Of a stretch of DNA of 64,000 bases, positions 20,488 through 29,382 are shown one piece after another. Within the stretch, counting starts at the first letter, position 1, and each line of letters starts with the position of its first letter. Source of the stretch: an uncultured Elusimicrobia bacterium (lineage in GTDB: Bacteria > Elusimicrobiota > Elusimicrobia > CAZMIB01); assembly GCA_964566245.1 (NCBI GenBank), contig CAZMIB010000001.1, forward strand, positions 4,777 to 68,776. The letters are read 5' to 3'. Below the pieces are notes generated by a model, which searched no databases, was not told the origin of the DNA, and was given only the letters and a program-made list of their open reading frames with translations. Made by a program: the position numbers and the translations under genes.

Positions 20488-21797
20488 ACATCCTCGTCGT
20501 CGGCTCGGGCGGGCGCGAGCACGCCTTGGTGTGGGCGCTCAAGAAGAGCCCCTCGGTCAAAAAGCTTTGGGCGCTGCCCGGCAATCTCGGCATGCTCGAC
20601 TTAGCCGAGCGCGTCTCGCTGAACCCGGTGGACGTGCCGGCCGTCGTCCGCTTCGCGGTCCAGAAGAAGGCCGACTTGGTCGTGATCGGCCCCGAGGCCC
20701 CGCTCGCGGCCGGTCTGGCCGACGCGCTGCGCGCCGAGGGCATCGCGGCCTTCGGCCCCGGCGCGGCCGCCGCGAAGCTCGAGTCGTCGAAGGTCTTCGC
20801 GAAGGACTTCATGTCGCGCCACGGCCTGCCGACCGCGGAGCACCGCTCCTTCGACGACCCGCAGAAGGCGCGCGATTTCCTGCACTCGCCGGAGGGGGCC
20901 GCGTTCCGCGTCGTGAAGGCGGACGGGCTCGCGGCCGGCAAGGGCGTCGTGGTCTGCGACTCCTTGGAGGACACGCTCAAGGCCGTGGCCGACTTCATGG
21001 TCGCGCGCGTGCACGGCGCCGCGGGCGCGACGGTCGTGCTCGAGGAGACGCTGGCCGGCCCCGAGGCGACCGTGATGGCGCTGTGCGACGGAAAAACGAT
21101 TCTTCCGCTTTTGCCGACGCGCGATCATAAACGCCTGCTGGACGGTGACCAGGGTCCGAACACCGGCGGCATGGGCGCGGTGGCCCCGGTGGAGATCGGG
21201 CCCCGCGACTGGGCCGCGATCGAAAAGATGCTCGCGGCTTTCGCGAAGGGCCTCGCGAAGGACAAGCTCGAGTATCGCGGAACGATCTACTTCGGCCTGA
21301 TGCTGACGCCGCGCGGGCCCAAGCTGCTCGAGTTCAACGTCCGCTTCGGCGACCCCGAGACGCAGGCGGTGCTGCCGCTCTTGCAGGACGACCTCGGCGA
21401 GCTGCTGGCCGCGACGGCCGCGGGACGCCTCGAAGGGAGGACGCTGCGCTGGGCCCCCGGCGCCTCGGTGTGCGTCGTGCTGGCCTCGGCGGGTTACCCG
21501 CAGTCCCCCCAGACCGGCGCGCCGATTTCGGGGCTCGACCAGCTTCCCGCCGGCGTCGTCGCGTTTCACGCCGGAACCGACGTGCACCGCGAGCGCTGGC
21601 GCACCGCCGGCGGGCGCGTGCTCGCGGTTTCCGCGACGGGACCCAATCTGGACGCCGCGCGCGGCCGAGCCTACGCCGGCGCGGCCGCGGTGCAGTTCAA
21701 GGGCTGCCACTACCGGACCGACATCGGCGTCGCCGCCTCGACCAAGGCCCACGAGGAACAGAGAGCCGAGACATCAAGGAGGAAGACCCATGCCTGA
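20484..21797 (+). CDS. purD: Phosphoribosylamine--glycine ligase
   Basis: MNILVVGSGGREHALVWAL..., ATP-grasp body; ATGA overlap with the purF stop. Confidence 0.9.
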
Positions 21798-22278
21798 CGA
21801 GAAAGTTTGGATTTTCATGGGAAGCGAGTCGGACCGGCCGGTGATGGCCAAGGCCGCCGAGAGGCTGAAGGACCTCGGCATCGGCAGCAGGCTCACCGTG
21901 GCCTCGGCGCATCGCAGCCCGGACTATCTGGAGCGGCTGATCAAGGACGCCGGCGATCGCGCGCGGGTCTTCATCGCGGGCGCGGGCGGGGCCGCGCACC
22001 TGGCCGGAGTCGTCGCGTCGAAGACGACCAAGCCGGTGATCGGCGTGCCGATGTCGACCAAGATGGGAGGCATCGATAGCCTGCTTTCGACGGTGCAGAT
22101 GCCGAAAGGCGTGCCGGTCGCGACGGTCGCGGTCGACGGCGCGGAGAACGCGGCCATCCTCGCCGCGCAGATGCTGGCCCTGGGCGATCCGGAGCTGGCG
22201 CGGCGCTTGAAGGAGCACCGTGAGAAGCAGGCGCGCGAGATCGAGGCCGGAGCGGCGCCCGCCGCCGCGGCGAAATAA
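21790..22278 (+). CDS. purE: N5-carboxyaminoimidazole ribonucleotide mutase
   Basis: [14 protein letters not shown]...ASAHRSPD...[15 protein letters not shown]. Confidence 0.85.
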   Translation: MPDEKVWIFMGSESDRPVMAKAAERLKDLGIGSRLTVASAHRSPDYLERLIKDAGDRARVFIAGAGGAAHLAGVVASKTTKPVIGVPMSTKMGGIDSLLSTVQMPKGVPVATVAVDGAENAAILAAQMLALGDPELARRLKEHREKQAREIEAGAAPAAAAK

Positions 22279-23217
22279 ATGAAGCACCTTCTCGGCATCG
22301 AGGACCTGTCGGCCGCGGACATCACCGCCTTGCTGGACGAGGCGGAGGGGTTCAAGCGCCGCTGGAGCTCGAGCCGGAAGGCGTCGGCGAATCTTAAGGG
22401 CAAGACGGTCGGCCTGCTGTTCTACGAGCCGTCGACGCGCACGCGCTCCTCGTTCGAGTTGGCCGCGAAGCGCCTCGGGGCCGAGGTGGTCAACCTCTCG
22501 CCGTCCTCCTCCAGCGTCGTTAAGGGAGAGAGCCTTTCGGACACCTTGCGCACCTTGGAGGCGATGGGCGTCGACGCCTTCGTGATACGTCACGCCGAGT
22601 CCGGGGCGGCGCGCGCCGCGGCGAAGGCCGTGAGCGCCTCGATCGTCAACGCCGGCGACGGCGCGCACGAGCACCCGACCCAGGCCTTGCTCGACTTCAT
22701 GACCTTGCGCGAGAAGAAGAAGCGCCTGGCCGGGCTGAAGGTCGTTTACGTCGGAGACATCCTGCACAGCCGGGTCGCGCGCTCCGGCGTCTTCGGCCTC
22801 ACCAAGCTCGGCGCGACGGTCGCCTTCTGCGGCCCGCCGACCTTGGTCCCCGAGGAGGCCCGCGCGTTGGGCGCCGAGGTGCATCACGATCTGAGGCGCG
22901 CCTTGAAGGACGCCGACGCCGTCGTCACGCTGCGGCTCCAGCTTGAGCGTCAGAAGGAAAATCTTTTCCCGAGCCTGGGCGAGTACGCGAAGCTTTACGG
23001 CCTGAGCAGCGAGAAGCTCCACTGGGCCAAACCCGGCTGCGTCGTCCTGCATCCTGGCCCCATGAACCGCGGCGTCGAGATCACCGACGAGCTTGCCGAC
23101 GGCGCGTCGTCCTTGGTGCTGGAGCAAGTCGCGAACGGCGTCTTCATAAGGATGGCCGTGCTGGCCCGACTCCTCTCTGGGAGTCGTTCAAAGACAAGAG
23201 GTTCGGTTCTGAAATGA
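22279..23217 (+). CDS. pyrB: Aspartate carbamoyltransferase catalytic subunit
   Basis: [15 protein letters not shown]...HPTQALLD motifs. Confidence 0.9.
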   Translation: MKHLLGIEDLSAADITALLDEAEGFKRRWSSSRKASANLKGKTVGLLFYEPSTRTRSSFELAAKRLGAEVVNLSPSSSSVVKGESLSDTLRTLEAMGVDAFVIRHAESGAARAAAKAVSASIVNAGDGAHEHPTQALLDFMTLREKKKRLAGLKVVYVGDILHSRVARSGVFGLTKLGATVAFCGPPTLVPEEARALGAEVHHDLRRALKDADAVVTLRLQLERQKENLFPSLGEYAKLYGLSSEKLHWAKPGCVVLHPGPMNRGVEITDELADGASSLVLEQVANGVFIRMAVLARLLSGSRSKTRGSVLK

Positions 23218-24068
23218 AGGGCATGACTCGGGTTCTCCCTCGCCCCGCGTGCGGGGAGAGGGTGGGGGTGAGGGGATCGAGGATCGCCGTCATACTTGCC
23301 GTTCTCTGCGCCGCCTCGGCCTACGCCTCCACCCCAACCGAAACTCACTTTCACGAGTCCGCCCTTCTATCCTCCGTGGTCCGTTACGCTCAAGCCCATC
23401 CCGCCGCCACGCCCGCCGACATCGCCCGCAAGGCCGACGAACTGTTGCCCCGCGAAGGCCTAAACTTTAAAGCCGCGCTCGACGATTGGAAGACCGACGT
23501 CGAAGCCACCTTGCACAAGGATGCCGCCCTCAAGCGGAAGCTGGGCAAATATCGTCTGGAACCGCTGTCGGCCCAAGCCAGCACGACCTCGTGCGGGACC
23601 GCTTATTACCTGCCGTTCACCAACAATCCCGCCGAGATCGCCGGCATAAGCCTGGCCGACCGGACCGCGTACCTGAAAACGCGCGGCGCCTTCCGCTTCG
23701 ACAGCGTCGCCTTGCTGGAGCGCGGCCGCGCGCGGCCGGTGCGTCGCTGGCCGCTGCCCGATGAGAGCGAGGTTCCCGCGGGGATATCGAAGGATGGCCG
23801 GACCCTCTTTCTGGAGTATAAGCTCGCCTCGGCCGAGACCGGTTGGACGCCGATCAAGGCCGGCGGCGAGGACCACATGCTCCTGGCGATCGGCCCGGAA
23901 AGTCTCATTTTCGCCGACAACTACGCCGAGCTGTCGAAGCAAAGTTGGGACACCCTCGAGGAACTACCCTGGAAGGTCCCGGCCCCCGAAGGCGACTACG
24001 AATCCTTCGGCGTGCTGAAGGCGTGGGGAAAAGAATTCTATTTCGGCTTCGAGCCTATATGTCGATAA
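23214..24068 (+). CDS. Hypothetical secreted protein. The 5' end overlaps a palindromic-element copy; the true start may be GTG 23268, which gives the signal peptide VRGSRIAVILAVLCAASAYAS.
   Basis: ORF track; signal-peptide-like N-terminus; no family recognised. Confidence 0.45.
   Translation: MKGMTRVLPRPACGERVGVRGSRIAVILAVLCAASAYASTPTETHFHESALLSSVVRYAQAHPAATPADIARKADELLPREGLNFKAALDDWKTDVEATLHKDAALKRKLGKYRLEPLSAQASTTSCGTAYYLPFTNNPAEIAGISLADRTAYLKTRGAFRFDSVALLERGRARPVRRWPLPDESEVPAGISKDGRTLFLEYKLASAETGWTPIKAGGEDHMLLAIGPESLIFADNYAELSKQSWDTLEELPWKVPAPEGDYESFGVLKAWGKEFYFGFEPICR
23230..23276. repeat. GC-rich palindromic element, deletion variant (GGTTCTCCCTCGCCCCGCGTGCGGGGAGAGGGTGGGGGTGAGGGG)
   Basis: Matches the internal hairpin plus right terminal repeat of the 173-bp copy at 31150. 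Confidence 0.7.
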
Positions 24069-24766
24069 AGGTAGTGAGAAAAAAATCACCTTCCCCCACG
24101 AGGGGGGGAGGAGTTCGAAGAGAAGACATCATCGCCCGCGCCGCCGATCACGTCCGCGCGAAGCTCGAAGGCGAGGGCACCGGCCATGACTGGTGGCACA
24201 TCCGCCGGGTATGGAAGACGGCCGTTGCGATCGGCAAGCGCGAGAAGGCAGACCTCTTCATCGTCGAGCTGGCGGCGCTTTTGCACGACATCGCGGATTG
24301 GAAGTTTCATGGCGGCGACCTTTCGGCCGGCCCGCGCGCGGCGCGGGCGTGGCTTGAAAGCTTGGGCGCCGAGCCCGCGGCGATCGATCGCGTCTGCGCG
24401 GTCATCAACGAGGTGACCTTCAAGGGGGCAGGCGTGCCGACGCCGACGTCCAGCTTGGAGGCGAAGGTCGTTCAGGATGCGGATCGGCTTGATGCTCTCG
24501 GCGCGATAGGCATCGGGCGTGCCTTCGCCTACGGCGGCGCGAAGGGACGATTGATGCACGATCCTAACGAAAAGCCCCGACTGCACGCCTCGTTCGAGGC
24601 GTACAAGAAGAGCCGCGGCACGACCATCAACCATTTTCATGAGAAGCTGCTTCTGCTCAAGGAGCGTATGAACACGGCGGCCGGACGGCGCATGGCGGCG
24701 CAGCGGCATAAGTTCATGGAGAGCTTTCTCAAGGAATTCATGAAGGAGTGGGACTCCGATGCCTGA
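24059..24766 (+). CDS. HD-domain metal-dependent phosphohydrolase
   Basis: ...LAALLHDIADWKFHG...DADRLDALGAIGIGRAFAYGG is the H...HD...D signature. Start taken at ATG 24059 (MSIKVV). Confidence 0.65.
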   Translation: MSIKVVRKKSPSPTRGGGVRREDIIARAADHVRAKLEGEGTGHDWWHIRRVWKTAVAIGKREKADLFIVELAALLHDIADWKFHGGDLSAGPRAARAWLESLGAEPAAIDRVCAVINEVTFKGAGVPTPTSSLEAKVVQDADRLDALGAIGIGRAFAYGGAKGRLMHDPNEKPRLHASFEAYKKSRGTTINHFHEKLLLLKERMNTAAGRRMAAQRHKFMESFLKEFMKEWDSDA

Positions 24767-26066
24767 AGCCAGATTGTTGATCGAGGGCGGCCGCGTTCTC
24801 GACGCGGCGCAGAAGGTTAATGAGATTCGCGATCTGCTCATTGAAGACGGAAAGGTGCGCGAGTGCGCGCCGGGGCTAAAGGGTAAAATTTCAAAGGATG
24901 GGCTCAAGGTCATCTCCGCGAAGGGGCGGTGGGTCCTTCCGGGGATCATCGACGCGCACGTGCACCTGCGCGAGCCGGGGCGCGGCAAGGACGAGACGAT
25001 CGCCAGCGGGACCGCGGCGGCCGCCAAGGGCGGCGTGACGGCCGTGCTTGCGATGCCGAACACCGATCCGCCGGTCGACTCTCCGGAGCGCGTGCGGTGG
25101 GTGCTCGACGCGGCGCGCAAGGACGCGGCGGTGCGCGTGCTCGCCTCGGGCGCGGTATCGAAGGGACAGAAGGGAGAGGAGCTGGCGCCGCTCGGCGGGA
25201 TGGTCGAGGCCGGGGCGGTCGCGTTCACCGACGACGGGCGCGCGGTCGCGACGGCCCAGTTGATGCGGCGCGCCTTGGAGTACGCTAAGGCCTTCGGCGT
25301 CCCGGTGATCGACCACTGCGAGGAGCCTAGCCTTTCGGCCGGCGGCTGCATGAACGAGGGCGAGGTCAGCTTCCGCCGCGGCCTGAACGGCATTCCCCGC
25401 GCGGCCGAGGCCGTGATCGCCTTGCGCGACATCGAGCTCGCGCGTTTGGCCGGGGGCAAGCTGCATCTGGCGCACGTAAGCTGCCGCGAGACGGTCGAGG
25501 CGCTGCGCCGCGCGAAGAAGGACGGGCTTGCGGTGACCGGCGAGGCCTGCCCGCACCATTTCACCCTTATCGACGCCGACGTCCCGGAGTACGATCCGAA
25601 CTTCAAGATGAACCCGCCGCTTCGGACGGCGGGAGACAGGGACGCGCTGCGCGAGGGCCTCGCCGACGGCACCTTGGACGCGATCGCGACCGACCACGCG
25701 CCGCATGCCCCGGACCGCAAGGCGTTGTCCTTCCAGGAGGCGCCGTTCGGCGTCATCGGCCTGGAGACCTTGATCCCGCTTTCACTGGACCTGGTTCATG
25801 CCGGGGTCCTATCGCCGCTGCGCTGGGCGGAACTGCTGACGGCCGGGCCGGCGCGCATCCTCGGCCTGCGCGCCTCGGGCAGCCTGAGGCCCGGCTTCGA
25901 CGCCGACGTCACGATCGTGGACCCGGAAGCGCAGTGGACGGCCGAAGCCTTCGCGTCCAAGTCCAAGAACAGCCCTTTCATCGGCAAGCGGCTGAAGGGC
26001 CGCGCCGCCGCGACGATCGTCGGCGGGAAGATAGTGTTCGGCGAGAAGGGCCATGGGGTGGTATAG
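24759..26066 (+). CDS. pyrC: Dihydroorotase
   Basis: PGIIDAHVHLREPG...metal-binding His pairs...DHAPH. Confidence 0.85.
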   Translation: MPEARLLIEGGRVLDAAQKVNEIRDLLIEDGKVRECAPGLKGKISKDGLKVISAKGRWVLPGIIDAHVHLREPGRGKDETIASGTAAAAKGGVTAVLAMPNTDPPVDSPERVRWVLDAARKDAAVRVLASGAVSKGQKGEELAPLGGMVEAGAVAFTDDGRAVATAQLMRRALEYAKAFGVPVIDHCEEPSLSAGGCMNEGEVSFRRGLNGIPRAAEAVIALRDIELARLAGGKLHLAHVSCRETVEALRRAKKDGLAVTGEACPHHFTLIDADVPEYDPNFKMNPPLRTAGDRDALREGLADGTLDAIATDHAPHAPDRKALSFQEAPFGVIGLETLIPLSLDLVHAGVLSPLRWAELLTAGPARILGLRASGSLRPGFDADVTIVDPEAQWTAEAFASKSKNSPFIGKRLKGRAAATIVGGKIVFGEKGHGVV

Positions 26067-27072
26067 CGCGGTGAGGCCGCTTCTGTTCGCGATGGAGCCC
26101 GAGCGCGCGCACGAGCGCGTGACCGGCCTGCTGTCGATGTGCCAGCGCTCCGAGCTGGCGCTGTCCGCGCTTCATCGCTTTTGCAGCGGCCCGTCGATGC
26201 CGGTCGAGGTCGCGGGGCTGCGCTTTCCGAACCCGATCGGCCTCGCGGCCGGCTTCGACAAGGACGCGCGCCTCGTGCTCGCGGCCGCGAGCCTGGGCTT
26301 CGGCTTCGTCGAGGTCGGCACCGTGACGCCGCGCCCCCAGGAGGGCAACCCGCGCCCGCGCGTGTTCCGCTATCCGGGGCGCGAGGCGCTGGTCAACCGG
26401 CTCGGCTTCAACAACGCCGGCGCCGAGGCCGCCGCGCGGCGCTTGGCGGCGACGCCGAGAGGGATCCCCGTCGGCGTGAACGTCGGCAAGTCGGCGACGA
26501 CGCCGCTGGACGAGGCCGCGAACGACTACGTGCAGGCGATGGACGCCCTCCACCCGCACGCGGACTATTTCACGCTGAACATCAGCTCGCCTAACACCGC
26601 CGAGCTGAGGCGGCTGCATGAGCCGTCGCGCCTGGCCGCGCTCTTGGACGCCGTCGCCGGATTCCTCGCGCGCAAGGGGCCGAAGCCGCTTTTCCTCAAG
26701 CTCTCTCCCGACGCCGGCGACGCCGAGCTGGAGAACGCGGCCCGCGCCGCGCTCGATTACAAGCTGGGCTTGATCGCGACGAATACCACCGTCGACCGGA
26801 CGGGGATGGAAGGGCTCGAGTCCGGAGGCCTTTCCGGGAGGCCGCTCGCCTCCCGCGCGACCTCCGTGCTGCGCAAGCTCAAGGCGCTGACCGGGGGGCG
26901 CGTTCCGCTGATCGGCGTCGGCGGCATCTTCACCGTCGAGGACGCGCGCGAGCGCCTCGCGGCCGGGGCGGACCTCGTCCAAGTTTACACCGGCCTCATC
27001 TACCGCGGCCCGGGCCTTGTCCGGGAATTGTTGTCGGGGCTGGCTCAACATCCGCGGGAGGCCCGCGCATGA
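26053..27072 (+). CDS. pyrD: Dihydroorotate dehydrogenase (quinone), class 2
   Basis: FPNPIGLAAGFDKD...GFGFVEVGTVTPRPQEGNPRPRVFR...NISSPNT. Confidence 0.9.
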   Translation: MGWYSAVRPLLFAMEPERAHERVTGLLSMCQRSELALSALHRFCSGPSMPVEVAGLRFPNPIGLAAGFDKDARLVLAAASLGFGFVEVGTVTPRPQEGNPRPRVFRYPGREALVNRLGFNNAGAEAAARRLAATPRGIPVGVNVGKSATTPLDEAANDYVQAMDALHPHADYFTLNISSPNTAELRRLHEPSRLAALLDAVAGFLARKGPKPLFLKLSPDAGDAELENAARAALDYKLGLIATNTTVDRTGMEGLESGGLSGRPLASRATSVLRKLKALTGGRVPLIGVGGIFTVEDARERLAAGADLVQVYTGLIYRGPGLVRELLSGLAQHPREARA

Positions 27073-27770
27073 CGTATCCGATCGTCGCGTTGGACGTCCG
27101 CACCTTGCCCGAGGCGCAGAAGCTTTTGACCGAGCTCCAGGACACGATCCATTTCTACAAGGTCGGCTTGAGGCTGTTCACCGCCGAGGGCGCGCGCGCG
27201 GTGAGACTCGTCGACCAGATGGGCGGAAAAGTGTTTCTCGATCTCAAGCTGCACGACATACCGCAGACCGTCGCTCACGCGGTGGAGGAGGCGGGGCGTC
27301 TCGGCGTGCACTCGGTCTCGCTGCACCTGTCGGGCGGCCGCGAGATGCTGCGCGCGGCCGTCCGCGCCCAGCCGCGGCCGAAGCTGTGGGGCGTCTCGGT
27401 GCTGACGAGCCTCGATCAGGACGATTTGAAGGTCCGGGCCGGTGCGAGGCCGGCTGGGGTGTGTTGTGACGGCGCGGGCCTGGCGGCCGCCGAGGGGCTG
27501 GCGCGCGAGGATTGCTCTGGGGAGGACCTGCCCATCGGCTCCAAGCTCGAGCCGCGGCCGGCGTGCATCGTGCCCGGCGTGCGCGGCGCGGCTGACAAGG
27601 TCGGCGATCAGAAGCGCGTCGTCACCCCGGCCGAGGCGGCGAAGCGCGGGGCGGACTATATCGTCGTCGGCCGGCCGATCACGCAGGCCGCGGATCCGAA
27701 GGCGGCCGCCCAGCGCATCATCAAGGAATTGGAGGAAGCACAGGACGTATCCTATGACCCACGCGACTGA
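27069..27770 (+). CDS. pyrF: Orotidine-5'-phosphate decarboxylase
   Basis: IVALDV...FYKVGL...FLDLKLHDIPQTV. Confidence 0.85.
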   Translation: MTYPIVALDVRTLPEAQKLLTELQDTIHFYKVGLRLFTAEGARAVRLVDQMGGKVFLDLKLHDIPQTVAHAVEEAGRLGVHSVSLHLSGGREMLRAAVRAQPRPKLWGVSVLTSLDQDDLKVRAGARPAGVCCDGAGLAAAEGLAREDCSGEDLPIGSKLEPRPACIVPGVRGAADKVGDQKRVVTPAEAAKRGADYIVVGRPITQAADPKAAAQRIIKELEEAQDVSYDPRD

Positions 27771-28407
27771 AGATCTCATCAAGTGGCTGCGCGACGCCGG
27801 CGCTCTTCTGGAGGGGCATTTCCTGCTGTCCTCCGGGATGCACAGCCGGCAATACGTGCAGTGCGCCCAGCTTTTCCAGTACCCGCACATGACCGAGAAG
27901 GTGGCCAAGATGCTGGCCAAGAAGGCCCCCGCGGCGCAGCTCGTCGTCTCGCCGGCGATGGGCGGCCTGTTCCTCGGCCACGAGGTCGCCAAGGCGCTCG
28001 ACCTGCGGCACATCTTTTGCGAGCGAGAGGACGGCAAGATGGTCCTGCGCCGCGGCTTCAAGCTCAAGGCCGGCGAAAAAATCGTGATCGTCGAGGACGT
28101 GTTCACGACCGGCAAGTCGACGCGCGAGGTGATGACGGTCGTCGAGCGCGCCGGCGGCAAGGTGGTCGGGGCGCTGTCCTTGATCAACCGCTCGGTGGGC
28201 GACCTGGGTTTCGGCGTTCCGACCGAAAGCCTCGCCGAGTTGCCGATCGTCAACTACGAGCCCGATGAGTGCACGCTCTGCAAGCGCGGCGTCCCGGTGA
28301 TAAAGCCAGGCTCGCGGCCGAAGCCGGAAGCCGAGAAAAAGGCCGAGGCCGAAAAAAAAGCGGAGCCGAAAGCGGCGCTGAAGCTCCAGCGGGAGTTTTA
28401 CGGATAG
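27754..28407 (+). CDS. pyrE: Orotate phosphoribosyltransferase with an unusual Lys/Ala/Glu-rich C-terminal tail (KPEAEKKAEAEKKAEPKAALK)
   Basis: GHFLLSSGMHSRQYVQC...IVIVEDVFTTGKST PRTase motif. Confidence 0.85.
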   Translation: MTHATEDLIKWLRDAGALLEGHFLLSSGMHSRQYVQCAQLFQYPHMTEKVAKMLAKKAPAAQLVVSPAMGGLFLGHEVAKALDLRHIFCEREDGKMVLRRGFKLKAGEKIVIVEDVFTTGKSTREVMTVVERAGGKVVGALSLINRSVGDLGFGVPTESLAELPIVNYEPDECTLCKRGVPVIKPGSRPKPEAEKKAEAEKKAEPKAALKLQREFYG

Positions 28408-28410
28408 CTC

Positions 28411-29382
28411 ATGCCACTGACCTATAAGCAGTCCGGCGTCGACGTCGGCCTCGCCGACAAGCTCGTCGAGCATTTGCGGAAGCGCTCGCCGGTCATCGGC
28501 GGTTTCTCGGGGCTGCATCCGTTTCGTCTCGGCAGCCGCGAGATTTTCCTCGCGGCCTCGACCGACGGGGTCGGTACCAAGCTTAAGCTCGCGTTCCTGT
28601 TGGACAAGCACGACACGGTCGGGGTCGACCTGGTCGCGATGTGCGTCAACGACCTCGTCACCTGCGGGGCGACGCCGCTGTTCTTCCTGGACTACTACGC
28701 CACCGCGAAGCTCGACCTAAAGCGCTCGAAGAAGCTGCTGGACGGCGTGCTCGAGGGGTGCAGGCTCGGGCGCATGACGCTTTTGGGCGGCGAGACCGCC
28801 GAGATGCCGGGCTTCTATAAGGAAAAGGAGTACGACCTGGCCGGCTTCGCGGTGGGCTGGGTCGAGAAGAACGACGTGCTCGACGGCCGTTCCGCGCGCG
28901 AGGGCGACCTGCTGGCCGCCTTGCCCTCCTCGGGCCTGCACTCGAACGGCTTCTCCTTGGTGCGCAAGGCCTTCAGCGACGCCAAGCTCAAGCGTCAGCC
29001 GGACCTGCTGACACCCACGCGCATCTACGTCGACGAGGCCCGCACCTTGCGCGCGGCCTTGGGCGGGCGCTTGAAGGCCATGGCGCACATCACCGGCGAG
29101 GGTTTGGAAGGGAACGTGCCGCGCGTGTTGCCGAAGGGGCTGCGCGCGGTCGTCGAGCGCGGGCGCTGGGACGTGCCCGAAATTTTTCGCAGGGTGCAAC
29201 ACGCCGGCAAGGTGCCCGAGGCCGACATGTGGTCGACGTTCAACATGGGGACGGGCCTCGTGGCGGTCATTTCGCCGGAGGCGCTGACGCGCGCCAAGCG
29301 CGCCGCGCCGGATTTGTTCGTGATCGGGCGCATCGAGAAGGGTCGAACGGGCTTCGCGTTCGAGGGGGACTCGCGTGGCTAA
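28411..29382 (+). CDS. purM: Phosphoribosylformylglycinamidine cyclo-ligase (AIR synthetase)
   Basis: LTYKQSGVDV...TDGVGTKLKLA.... Confidence 0.9.
   Translation: MPLTYKQSGVDVGLADKLVEHLRKRSPVIGGFSGLHPFRLGSREIFLAASTDGVGTKLKLAFLLDKHDTVGVDLVAMCVNDLVTCGATPLFFLDYYATAKLDLKRSKKLLDGVLEGCRLGRMTLLGGETAEMPGFYKEKEYDLAGFAVGWVEKNDVLDGRSAREGDLLAALPSSGLHSNGFSLVRKAFSDAKLKRQPDLLTPTRIYVDEARTLRAALGGRLKAMAHITGEGLEGNVPRVLPKGLRAVVERGRWDVPEIFRRVQHAGKVPEADMWSTFNMGTGLVAVISPEALTRAKRAAPDLFVIGRIEKGRTGFAFEGDSRG

Noticed and set aside
24088-24113. CCTTCCCCCACGAGGGGGGGAGG hairpin at the N-terminus of the HD-domain gene as another palindromic-element copy
   Set aside because: It shares only the G/C-run hairpin character, not the CCCTCACCCC/GGGAGAGGG arms. 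Kept as a possible degenerate relative, but not counted as a copy.
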